Positions 55,544 through 64,000 of a DNA stretch of 64,000 bases are shown piece by piece (position 1 is the stretch's first letter; each line of letters starts with the position of its first letter). The notes beneath the pieces are model-generated. The model did no database searches. It was given only the letters and a program-made list of their open reading frames with translations, and was not told the origin of the DNA. The position numbers and the translations under genes were made by a program. This stretch comes from Candidatus Omnitrophota bacterium (GTDB lineage Bacteria > Omnitrophota > Gorgyraeia > Gygaellales > Profunditerraquicolaceae): positions 6,240-70,239 of the forward strand of contig JAPLLW010000016.1 of assembly GCA_026387355.1 (NCBI GenBank). The letters run 5' to 3'.

Positions 55544-56478
55544 CGCAAAACTCCTTTTAAGACAAGGTTAATCAAGATTTGTAGGAGCGCAAAAGGAACC
55601 AGAAGTTTCCAGCAGAAATCAATCATCTGGTCTATGCGTAACCGCGCTACAACTGTACGCAATAAAGAAATTAAGGCGATAATTCCTAAGATTTTCAGGA
55701 TAAAAACAACAAAACTTAAAAACGCACTTTGAAAGAACCCGAATGGGAAAAATACCGCAGCTAATAGAGCTGCTCCTGATACCATTTCAATATCAATACA
55801 CAATCTTAAAAATGCCAAGAGCTTCCCGCTATACTCCGTAAAAGCTCCTGCAACAACCTCAGTCTCTGCCTCAGGGATATCAAAAGGGGTCTTCTCAAGT
55901 TTACCCAAGAGTGCAACAAGTGAAACAAAGAAACCGATTAAATTAAAACACCAATACCAGGGATGCCGAGTATAAAATAAAACTATATCTACTAGCGACC
56001 AGCTATTCGCTAACAGGGCAGATGCCAATATGCTCATAAATAAAGGAACTTCGTAGGCGAATAACTGAGTTACCGCGCGCACTGAGCCAATCCTGGCGAA
56101 TAATGAAGTGGAATACCAGCCGCCAATGAAAAATGCCAGAGTGGGAATAGTAAGCAGATATAGAACCATAATAATATCGCCATTAAAAGAAAAAGGCGAG
56201 CTTGTATGCCAGAGCGGCGTATAAAGAAATGCTGTAATCACCGCCGTAAGAGCAAAAAGCGGGGCTGCATGAAACATGCGCGGGTTTGCCTGACAAGGAG
56301 TCACCTCTTCCTTGGCAATCAGCTTAATAATATCTGCAAAAGGCTGAAACCAGGGCGGACCGATTCTATTCTGTAATCTGGCATACAACTTCCTATCCAC
56401 ATATTCGGCTAATAAACCGGCAATGCTCACAAAAAGAAAACCCGGAAATACCAGAATATACAATAGCTCTTTAATCAT
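55540..56478 (-). CDS. NuoH/HycD-like membrane subunit
   Basis: [37 protein letters not shown]. Confidence 0.92.
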   Translation of the reverse strand: MIKELLYILVFPGFLFVSIAGLLAEYVDRKLYARLQNRIGPPWFQPFADIIKLIAKEEVTPCQANPRMFHAAPLFALTAVITAFLYTPLWHTSSPFSFNGDIIMVLYLLTIPTLAFFIGGWYSTSLFARIGSVRAVTQLFAYEVPLFMSILASALLANSWSLVDIVLFYTRHPWYWCFNLIGFFVSLVALLGKLEKTPFDIPEAETEVVAGAFTEYSGKLLAFLRLCIDIEMVSGAALLAAVFFPFGFFQSAFLSFVVFILKILGIIALISLLRTVVARLRIDQMIDFCWKLLVPFALLQILINLVLKGVLR

Positions 56479-56482
56479 CAGG

Positions 56483-57718
56483 TTAAACCTTTAATCCCGC
56501 TTTGAAACGCTTATTCAAATCAGTAAAATCCGTCCCTCTTTCTCGATGCCACCTAATACTATAATCATGCAAAGTCGCCCAGCTGATCGTCTCGTTCTTT
56601 TTATTGCTGTCATACTCAATAGAAACCATCCTATCAGTACAAGAAAAACAAGGATCAATCGCGGCAATCACAATCGGCATATCCGCAAGATATCTGTCTT
56701 TAAGCATATGTTTTACTACTTGAATGTTCGCCAAGGTAGGCGCCCTTATTTTTACTCTCTCGGGCATCTCGCTTCCGTTGGCTTTAACATAATGCACATC
56801 TTCTCCGCGCGGTGCCTCGTATCGGCTAATCGCCTCTCCCGCAGGAATCTTACGCGCCACCTTTACTACAATCGGGCCTTGTGGCATATTCGCAATAGTC
56901 TGACGGATAATCTTATAGGACTCCATCAGTTCTTTTACGCGCACTATGGTGCGACCAAAAACATCGCAATGATTGTCGGTAATTACTTTAAAATCTAACT
57001 CGCCATAAGCAGCATAAGGATCATCCCTTCGCACATCCCTATCCAGACCTGATGCCCGGCCAGTTGGTCCAACCGCTTCCAGCCTTACTGCATCATCATA
57101 CGATACCACTCCTACTCCGGATAATCTTTTAATAATGGTTGTCTCTTTTGTCGCAACATCAATATAATATTTTGTCCTCTCTTCAAGCTGGCTAACTGCT
57201 TTTAAAACATCATTCGCCTGCTCAGGAGTAATATCGCGACGCACTCCACCGATAGTATTCATCCCATAATTAACGCGATTCCCGGTTAACATTGCTAAAA
57301 TATCCATTACAATCTCGCGGTCGCGCCAACTATACATTAAAAGCGTATCAAATCCTATTTCATGGCCGGCAACACCCAGCCAAAGAAGATGACTATGCAC
57401 GCGCTCAAGTTCGGCAATAAGTGTCCTTATGTAAAGGGCCCTCTTGGGGACTTGAATGCCGGCAATCTCCTCGATCGCCTGCACAAAACAGGTAGCGTGA
57501 GTATGAGAACATATCCCGCAAACGCGCTCTATAAGATATAAATCCTGAGTATACGTATTCTGTTCGCATGCCTTTTCAATACCACGATGGTTATAACCGA
57601 GTCTAATCTCTACCCCTAGAATTTTCTCTCCTTTAAGGGCAACGCTAAACCCCTCCGGCTCTTTTAAGGCAGGGTGCTGCGGCCCCATAGGAATATTAAA
57701 TTTGTGTGAGTCATGCAT
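56483..57718 (-). CDS. Group 4 [NiFe]-hydrogenase large subunit
   Basis: GPQHP, HRGIEK, L1 ERVCGICS, L2 DPCFSCTDR followed by a cleavable C-terminal extension. Confidence 0.92.
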   Translation of the reverse strand: MHDSHKFNIPMGPQHPALKEPEGFSVALKGEKILGVEIRLGYNHRGIEKACEQNTYTQDLYLIERVCGICSHTHATCFVQAIEEIAGIQVPKRALYIRTLIAELERVHSHLLWLGVAGHEIGFDTLLMYSWRDREIVMDILAMLTGNRVNYGMNTIGGVRRDITPEQANDVLKAVSQLEERTKYYIDVATKETTIIKRLSGVGVVSYDDAVRLEAVGPTGRASGLDRDVRRDDPYAAYGELDFKVITDNHCDVFGRTIVRVKELMESYKIIRQTIANMPQGPIVVKVARKIPAGEAISRYEAPRGEDVHYVKANGSEMPERVKIRAPTLANIQVVKHMLKDRYLADMPIVIAAIDPCFSCTDRMVSIEYDSNKKNETISWATLHDYSIRWHRERGTDFTDLNKRFKAGLKV

Positions 57719-57736
57719 ATTTAAAAGCCTCCTATT

Positions 57737-58189
57737 TTATTCTTTTGCAGGATGCCAATCTTTACGTAAAGGAAACTCTCCCTGCGGCCAATCATCAGTT
57801 AAAGGATAACGATTGCCTTTAGGTAAGCCTTCTACCTTAGCTCCAAATAAATCCACTAGTTCACGCTCGTAAATCTCTGCGCTTACAAAATAAGGCATTA
57901 CTGTCTTTAGTACCGGGTTCGTCTTTGGTGCGCTTACCTTTATATTTAAGATTAATCCGCAGTCATGCGCAAGATGGTAAACAAAACTTAAATTCTCCCC
58001 CTCATCCAGCCCGCTAATAGTTAAAAGATGATTAAACTTTAATTCTTCTTTTGAGAATTTGATAATTTCTGCCAGATTCTGTAAATCTACGCTAAAGAAT
58101 ATCCTCCTAGCGCGCGTAATATTAACCTTACCCGAAAGATAACTAAATTTATCTTCTAACTCCTGCTTAATCTTCTCTTCTTGCGACAT
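57737..58189 (-). CDS. NuoC-like subunit
   Basis: HLLTISGLD, YERELVDLFG, DWPQGEFPLRKD. Confidence 0.88.
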   Translation of the reverse strand: MSQEEKIKQELEDKFSYLSGKVNITRARRIFFSVDLQNLAEIIKFSKEELKFNHLLTISGLDEGENLSFVYHLAHDCGLILNIKVSAPKTNPVLKTVMPYFVSAEIYERELVDLFGAKVEGLPKGNRYPLTDDWPQGEFPLRKDWHPAKE

Positions 58190-58668
58190 TACTCTCCTCC
58201 TACGGGTATTTCTTTAATAGTTTTAGGGCTAGCTTTAGATTCATCAAGACTTACCAGTAATTTTATTACTCCATCGATTATCGCCTTAGGACTGGCAGGG
58301 CAACCCGGTATGTACGCAGAAACCGGAATAGTTGTATCAATTCCGCCTTTTATATTATAGCAATCTTTAAATACCCCACCGCTACAAGAGCATGTGCCTA
58401 CCGCAACCACAAATTTAGGCTCAGCCATCTGCTCATAAATCCTTATAAGCCTGTCTTCTATTTGTTTAGTCACCGGGCCCGAACAAACTAATACATCCGC
58501 ATGCCTCGGGGTACCTTTAAGCTGTATGCCAAAACGCTCTATATCATAACGCGGAGTGAGCGCTGCAATAATCTCAATGTCGCAGGCATTGCATGCCCCG
58601 GTATTAAAATGCAGTATCCAGGGAGATTTTATTCTAGCCCAGGTTACAACCTTCTTAACTAGATTCAT
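58189..58668 (-). CDS. Group 4 hydrogenase small subunit (NuoB-like)
   Basis: GACNACDIE, PRHADVL, GTCSCSGG, IPGCP. Confidence 0.92.
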   Translation of the reverse strand: MNLVKKVVTWARIKSPWILHFNTGACNACDIEIIAALTPRYDIERFGIQLKGTPRHADVLVCSGPVTKQIEDRLIRIYEQMAEPKFVVAVGTCSCSGGVFKDCYNIKGGIDTTIPVSAYIPGCPASPKAIIDGVIKLLVSLDESKASPKTIKEIPVGGE

Positions 58669-59009
58669 GCTTGCCTCTTTAATATAATAGTCAAACCCAC
58701 AATTGCACCCAATATATAAATAACCGCTATGGCAAAACTCCTCAAACTTTCAATGGGAACTGTTGCGATCATCAATGTAGCTACGTGCGCAAGTGTGAAG
58801 AAAAAAGCAAAAGGGAAGAAATTACTGTAATCCGGCTGAGCCATGTGATTATAATTATCCTCGCCGCAGGCATACGATTCACCTAATCCTTTAGCGATCT
58901 TCTTAGGCTTAAAGGCTAAACGGGATAATAAAACCGAAAGCAATATGCAAAAGAGAAGTATGATTATAAAAACTACCGGTGGATAGACAAGAAAGCTAGG
59001 CATTATCAC
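58665..59009 (-). CDS. NuoA-like membrane subunit
   Basis: Three TM segments with a YACGE loop. Confidence 0.75.
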   Translation of the reverse strand: MIMPSFLVYPPVVFIIILLFCILLSVLLSRLAFKPKKIAKGLGESYACGEDNYNHMAQPDYSNFFPFAFFFTLAHVATLMIATVPIESLRSFAIAVIYILGAIVGLTIILKRQA

Positions 59010-59326
59010 CCCTTCATGTTCCTGATATTTCTTATGTCGAGCGAATTCTTATGTGTATGTATTCCCAAAACTACACCTACGCTAACCGCCATAACTACTG
59101 CCTCAATAACTATTAAAGTAATAACTAGGGCCTGGGTTAACGCTACATGATCGGTGATATACCCGACGACAATCAAAAGAAGCGTAACTGCCTTAATTAA
59201 AATTTCAACTCCGATCAGCGCCCTGATTAGATTAAGGGTGGCAAAGAGGCAGTAAATCCCAATGACTAAAAGCATGAGTACGAAAACAAGAAAGGGCCAA
59301 AGTAATTGCAATGACTCAGCGTACAT
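59006..59326 (-). CDS. NuoK/MrpC-like membrane subunit
   Basis: NLIRALIGVEIL, IVIEAVV; three TM segments. Confidence 0.8.
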   Translation of the reverse strand: MYAESLQLLWPFLVFVLMLLVIGIYCLFATLNLIRALIGVEILIKAVTLLLIVVGYITDHVALTQALVITLIVIEAVVMAVSVGVVLGIHTHKNSLDIRNIRNMKG

Positions 59327-59810
59327 TCTTACGCATCTCCTTAAATAGTATGACTACAGCAAAAGCTCCTGCCAAAAGTATAATTATCTGTCCGAATAAA
59401 TCTAATTGCCTAAAATTCCATAAGAGATTACGCACATTGCGCTCTGTCTCCGGGATAGGCAAAATTAAATCAAAATTTACCTTAATGAGCAAAAGAATTA
59501 ATCCTAAACCCAGGATTATAAAAGGTAAGAGCCTGAAACGCACTAACATAAGTTTCATACGCTCGATAATCTCTTTTTGCGAATACGGCTGAGTAAGGCT
59601 GATTACGCTTACAAACAAAACCGAGATTAAGCCTGCGCAAACCGAGAGTTCAAAAACCGCGGCAAGCGGTGAGGCGAGCCTAAACATTATTATAGCAAGT
59701 ATCACGCTAGTAAGTGCCAGGCCTATGCCTGAACGCAGAAGGCTTCTCGTCATTACCGTCCAGAGACTAGCCAAAACCAGAGCCACTAGAATAATTATGT
59801 TCAAAAACAC
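59316..59810 (-). CDS. NuoJ/MrpB-like membrane subunit
   Basis: PLAAVFELSVCAGLISVLF, LWNFRQLDLFGQ. Confidence 0.75.
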   Translation of the reverse strand: MFLNIIILVALVLASLWTVMTRSLLRSGIGLALTSVILAIIMFRLASPLAAVFELSVCAGLISVLFVSVISLTQPYSQKEIIERMKLMLVRFRLLPFIILGLGLILLLIKVNFDLILPIPETERNVRNLLWNFRQLDLFGQIIILLAGAFAVVILFKEMRKNVR

Positions 59811-59811
59811 A

Positions 59812-61245
59812 TTAACCTCCGAAGATACTACTTACCGGCAAAATAAAAGTATTCAGTAAATAAGGGAAAGCTAATCCTGCACCCACGGTGATTACTGCAA
59901 GCAAAACTGTAGGAATCATAAAACCAAGCCCACCCTCCTTTATGTTCATAAGGTCTTCTCTTAATTTACCGAAGAAGACCATTCTTTGTAATGAGAGAAA
60001 GTAGGCTAGGGTCAAAACACTCCCCATTACTGCTATAATCGCATAAATATAATTACCGGATAACCAAAGGGCGATAACAATAATTAACTTACTCCAAAAT
60101 CCTGCCAAGGGCGGAATACCTGCCGCAGATAAACTCGCCAAGACCGAACTAAATCCTGTTATGGGCATCTTAGCGCTTAAGCCGCCGAGTTTCTGCATAT
60201 CCCGTGTGCCGGCCTGCGCTTCAACTGTTGCTGCATTCACAAAAAGCAGCGACTTAAAGATTGTGTGATTAAATAAGTGGAAAAGTGCGCCGGCTATGCC
60301 TAAGGTCGTACCACATCCTAACCCTAAAACTATATAACCTACCTGACTAATACTGGAAAAAGAAAGCATCCTCTTAAAATCAGTCTGGCCTAAAGCTGCT
60401 AACGCGGCAAAGATAATTGACGAAGCACCTACAAACATTAAAATCTTTTGAATCGGTAGATATAAACCAAATACCGATATCACTATGCGCATTAATGTAT
60501 AAACCCCTACGGTCTTAGTTACCACCCCTGCCAATAATACAGATACCGGACCAGGTGCAGCCGTATATGCATCGGGAAGCCAACCATGAAAAGGCATAAG
60601 CCCTGCCTTTATAAAAAGGCCACAGATAAAAGTTATCATAGCGATCATAATCAACGGATTATATGTTGAATACAATAAGCTTGCGGATATCGCCGAAAAA
60701 GAAGTGCTCCCTGAGACAAGCAAAAGTAAGGCAATAGCGGTTAACATCATAATGCTTGCTACTGACGAGAGTATAATATATTTGAACGCCCCCTCTAAAG
60801 CCAGCATCTCTTTATTAAAAGCTATTAAAACAAATGATCCTACTGCTACAATTTCAAGAAAAACATACAAAGAAAATATATCCGTTACCAGCACAACACC
60901 GTTTAACCCCGAGACGATAATAAGCAAAAGATTAATAAAGTTAAACCTGCGATCGTCATCTTTAATCATTTGCTTAGCTAAAATAATCGTTACAAAGAAG
61001 ACGATCCCAATACAAAGTAACAAAACCCTTGTTATATTATCTGCGGCAAGATCAAACTTAAAGAAGTTGCTGATTACATATATAAAGCTACTCTGGTGAT
61101 ACGTTTCAGGGAAAATAGCAAAAATTATCTGCGCAACCGATAATAATAATGCAACCCAAAGGGCAGTCTTCTTCGCCCAGCCCTTTAAGAACATATTCAT
61201 TATCAGGACACAGAAAAACGGTTTTAGGATTAATGCAGAATACAC
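59812..61245 (-). CDS. Antiporter-like subunit (NuoL/M/N, MrpD family)
   Basis: YVFLE, KAGLMPFHGWLPDAY, FSSISQVGY, GIPPLAGFWSK. Confidence 0.9.
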   Translation of the reverse strand: MYSALILKPFFCVLIMNMFLKGWAKKTALWVALLLSVAQIIFAIFPETYHQSSFIYVISNFFKFDLAADNITRVLLLCIGIVFFVTIILAKQMIKDDDRRFNFINLLLIIVSGLNGVVLVTDIFSLYVFLEIVAVGSFVLIAFNKEMLALEGAFKYIILSSVASIMMLTAIALLLLVSGSTSFSAISASLLYSTYNPLIMIAMITFICGLFIKAGLMPFHGWLPDAYTAAPGPVSVLLAGVVTKTVGVYTLMRIVISVFGLYLPIQKILMFVGASSIIFAALAALGQTDFKRMLSFSSISQVGYIVLGLGCGTTLGIAGALFHLFNHTIFKSLLFVNAATVEAQAGTRDMQKLGGLSAKMPITGFSSVLASLSAAGIPPLAGFWSKLIIVIALWLSGNYIYAIIAVMGSVLTLAYFLSLQRMVFFGKLREDLMNIKEGGLGFMIPTVLLAVITVGAGLAFPYLLNTFILPVSSIFGG

Positions 61246-61258
61246 TAAAATTCTCCTT

Positions 61259-63097
61259 CTAAATAGAACGCAACAAAAACAAAATTACAAAAAACATACC
61301 TAAAAGCGACCAGGCCAGATAAACCGAGAAATTCCCCGTGTGCAGCTTTCTTATCCCGCCCGTTAAAGCTAAGGTTAAATTCACAGTAAATTTATCGTAT
61401 ATCCAATCAATGCCACGATCAATTCCATAACCAACTCTTGAAATTACGTTTACTAAATTTAACCCTATCTCGTATGGATCAAAGAACCTTCCCTCTGCCT
61501 TATTATAAATCCAGGATAACCCTGGGGCATAATGAATATGGTCTACGGCTTTTAAACCAGAACCATATCTTTTTACCCCGAAAAGATGATTTAATAAAGC
61601 CGCGGCCAAAACAATAAGCGTAACTACCACTAAGAATATATTTGTCGGTAAGCCATAGAAATTGTGGCCTCCAAGTCGAGCCTCTCCTAATATTGGTTGA
61701 ATAAAATTTTTAATCGGCAGGATATTAAAGACGCCAAAAATTATACAAGTAAGCGCAATAACTATCATGGGAAGCAGCATTGCAAGCGGTGCCTCTTTTA
61801 CATTCTTGTTCTCATCACTAATCTTACCCAGGAATGCTGCGTGACCCAATTTTAAGAATGAAGCGGCGGTAAGAAATGACCCGACAATTGCGGCAAGGTA
61901 AAATATCCACCCTCTCTCCAGCGCCCCATCATAGATAAGCTCTTTAGAGAAAAAACCGTTAAAAGGCGGCACTCCTGAGATAGCTAATGCTGCGACAGCA
62001 AAACAGACAAAGGTTATCGGCATATTCTTTCTTAAGCCGCCCAGCTTTGCTAAGTCTGTGCTCCCCGCTTCCTTCTCTACCGCGCCACCGGTAAGAAAAA
62101 GGCAGCTTTTATATAAAGCATTATTAACCATATGAAATAGCCCGCCGATAATACCCACAGGAAGCGCTGTCCCGATACCTAGAATCATATATCCAACCTG
62201 GCTAATAGCATGATACGAAAGCAGCTTTTTATAATCTTTCTGAATCAGCGCCATCATAACCGCTAAAATTATCGTAATTGACCCTATAGTCATAAGCATA
62301 ATGCTTATCCAGGTATGCGGATTCAATTTAAATAAATCCAAAGAGATTCTGGTTAAGAGATAAATTCCTAATAATTTTTCAAGGGCAGCCGGCATAAAAG
62401 CCATAAAAGGAAGCGGCGAATCAACTGCTGCGTCCGGAATCCAGCTATGAAACGGCATTGACCCTGCCTTTGAAATTGCACCGACCATTAATAAGATAAA
62501 AGCCAGACTACCAAGTAAATTCAAAGGAAGATTTATATTTGAAATAGTTAAAGTCCCGGCAAGTTGTCCGGTTAAAGCTATACCGAACATCATACATAGG
62601 TCTGTTATGCCTAAAATAATAAAGGCTTTGGTAGCAGTCTTAAAGGCGCCTTTGCCTCCGATAGCAATCAAACCGAATAAAGCTGCCAGAGATCCCTCCC
62701 AGAAAAAGAGCATAATCACCAGATTATCAGCAAGCACTGCCCCGTTAATAAAAGCCAGGGTGATCAAGAAATATGCGTAGAACTGATTTAAAAACTGCTT
62801 ACCGCGCATAAAAACAACTGAGTAGAACATAATCAGAAAACCGAAAAATGCGCTGGCAGATATTATAAATGCGCTAAAATGATATAGCCTTAATGAAAAC
62901 TCTAATCCGAATCCTACCCAGGGAAGTGCATAATAGAGGTTGGATTTAAATAAAGAAAACGTGACTACAAGATTTAATAATACGGCTATAAGCGAAATCC
63001 CCTCTTTTAATGCGCCGGACTTTTTAGGGGTAAGTAATGCGAGCAGGCCGCCAAGTAACGGTATTATAATAGGTAAGAGTAAGATCTTGTCTGTCAT
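61259..63097 (-). CDS. Antiporter-like subunit (NuoL/MrpA family)
   Basis: FFWE, KAGSMPFHSWIPDA, YHAISQVGY, GVPPFNGFFSK, C-terminal lateral-helix region. Confidence 0.9.
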   Translation of the reverse strand: MTDKILLLPIIIPLLGGLLALLTPKKSGALKEGISLIAVLLNLVVTFSLFKSNLYYALPWVGFGLEFSLRLYHFSAFIISASAFFGFLIMFYSVVFMRGKQFLNQFYAYFLITLAFINGAVLADNLVIMLFFWEGSLAALFGLIAIGGKGAFKTATKAFIILGITDLCMMFGIALTGQLAGTLTISNINLPLNLLGSLAFILLMVGAISKAGSMPFHSWIPDAAVDSPLPFMAFMPAALEKLLGIYLLTRISLDLFKLNPHTWISIMLMTIGSITIILAVMMALIQKDYKKLLSYHAISQVGYMILGIGTALPVGIIGGLFHMVNNALYKSCLFLTGGAVEKEAGSTDLAKLGGLRKNMPITFVCFAVAALAISGVPPFNGFFSKELIYDGALERGWIFYLAAIVGSFLTAASFLKLGHAAFLGKISDENKNVKEAPLAMLLPMIVIALTCIIFGVFNILPIKNFIQPILGEARLGGHNFYGLPTNIFLVVVTLIVLAAALLNHLFGVKRYGSGLKAVDHIHYAPGLSWIYNKAEGRFFDPYEIGLNLVNVISRVGYGIDRGIDWIYDKFTVNLTLALTGGIRKLHTGNFSVYLAWSLLGMFFVILFLLRSI

Positions 63098-63999
63098 CTA
63101 GCCACGCTCGCAATCTGCATCACAGTTCTCTGCACAAAAAAAGATGGATAGTTAATAAATATACCGCTAAACAAAGATAGTAAGCCTAAAAGGGCGACGC
63201 TAAAAATCATTACCGGGCTTGCCTCTTTTACTAGAGGAGCTTTAGCTTCGCTGAGAAAAACTAGATTAAATACCCTAAAAAGATAAATAATCGTTAAAAA
63301 CGCGCCAAACAAAAATACTGAACCTATCCATATCTGTCTAGCTTCTAAAGCGCCTGCAAAAACCAGATATTTACTAAAGAATCCTCCAAAAGGGGGTATC
63401 CCCATTACGGAGAAAGCGCAGAATAAGAATGCCACTGCGGTTATCGGCATTGTTTTAATTAATCCGCCGAGCTTAGTGATATCCTTTATCTTGGTATTCT
63501 GCTCAACTATGCCGGCACAAAGGAAGAGCCCGGCCTTAGCCAGTCCGTGCATTAATATGTAAAGCAGGGCTCCTGCAATGCCTAAGGTATTACCCAGCGC
63601 AAAACCAAAAAAGATAAAACCTATCTGGCTGATTGTGGAATACGCGATAATCCTTTTTAAATCAGTTTCTATAAGCGCAGCGCACGCGGCGACAATAGCG
63701 CTAGTAGCAGCTATTATGGGAATAAGCGTATGCCAAATATCGGGAAGGGTAAAAGTGACCAGGAACAACCTGGCAAAAACATAAACGCCGATTTTAACCA
63801 GCACCGCGGCGTGGAGCAAGGCTGTAACAGGCGAAGGGGCAACACCTGCATCAGGAAGCCAGGTATGAAAGGGGAGGGTTGCCGATTTAGAGAGAATCCC
63901 GACAAGTATCAATAATACTGCGATATTTGAAATCGGATCTTTAAGCAGCCACCTTATGCTAATCATATCAAAAGTCCCGGTCTGCTGATAAATATTTAT
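63094..63999 (-). CDS. Antiporter-like subunit (NuoL/MrpA family), 5' end outside window
   Basis: KSATLPFHTWLPDA..APSPVTALLHAA, AYSTISQIG, GIPPFGGFFSK; the frame stays open to the window edge (INIYQQTGTFDM...). Confidence 0.88.
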   Translation of the reverse strand: MNIYQQTGTFDMISIRWLLKDPISNIAVLLILVGILSKSATLPFHTWLPDAGVAPSPVTALLHAAVLVKIGVYVFARLFLVTFTLPDIWHTLIPIIAATSAIVAACAALIETDLKRIIAYSTISQIGFIFFGFALGNTLGIAGALLYILMHGLAKAGLFLCAGIVEQNTKIKDITKLGGLIKTMPITAVAFLFCAFSVMGIPPFGGFFSKYLVFAGALEARQIWIGSVFLFGAFLTIIYLFRVFNLVFLSEAKAPLVKEASPVMIFSVALLGLLSLFSGIFINYPSFFVQRTVMQIASVAR

Positions 64000-64000
64000 A

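Noticed and set aside
55160-63999. Respiratory complex I (nuo)
   Set aside because: The NuoD-like subunit keeps both Ni-binding CxxC motifs and a maturation protease is adjacent, so this is a hydrogenase.

Overview
A gene-dense, housekeeping-rich 64 kb bacterial chromosome segment with almost every gene on the minus strand. Gene content (lpxB/msbA, group 4 [NiFe]-hydrogenase, H+-PPase) and repeat style suggest a diderm anaerobe, possibly Candidatus Omnitrophota (my inference, not checked). In transcription order (right to left) it carries: a Mrp/Nuo-like group 4 [NiFe]-hydrogenase cluster with HycI protease, exbB-exbD, a K+-independent H+-PPase, a KimA-like transporter, a complete F1Fo operon, a helical-protein/HD-GYP pair, carA and an N-terminal-half carB, DUF1846, DedA, an MBL/beta-CASP nuclease, a divergent bL27, an M48 peptidase, a plus-strand gnnA-like/lpxB pair, msbA, rpsB-tsf-pyrH-frr, three tRNAs, PTS genes, metK-ahcY, pfkA-aldolase, ilv/leu, aroE, pilD, malQ, HD-GYP and ttcA. 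No transposase, integrase, CRISPR array or rRNA was seen. The most striking unexplained signal is non-coding: a roughly 280 nt two-module structured element occurs twice (28533-28811 on +, 36017-36305 on -), with conserved loop motifs and compensatory stem changes, outside the neighbouring predicted transcripts. Also notable are the roughly 25 kb ion-motive-force gene cluster, an ATA start codon, a displaced tRNA-Gly 3' end, the split carB and the tail-less bL27.
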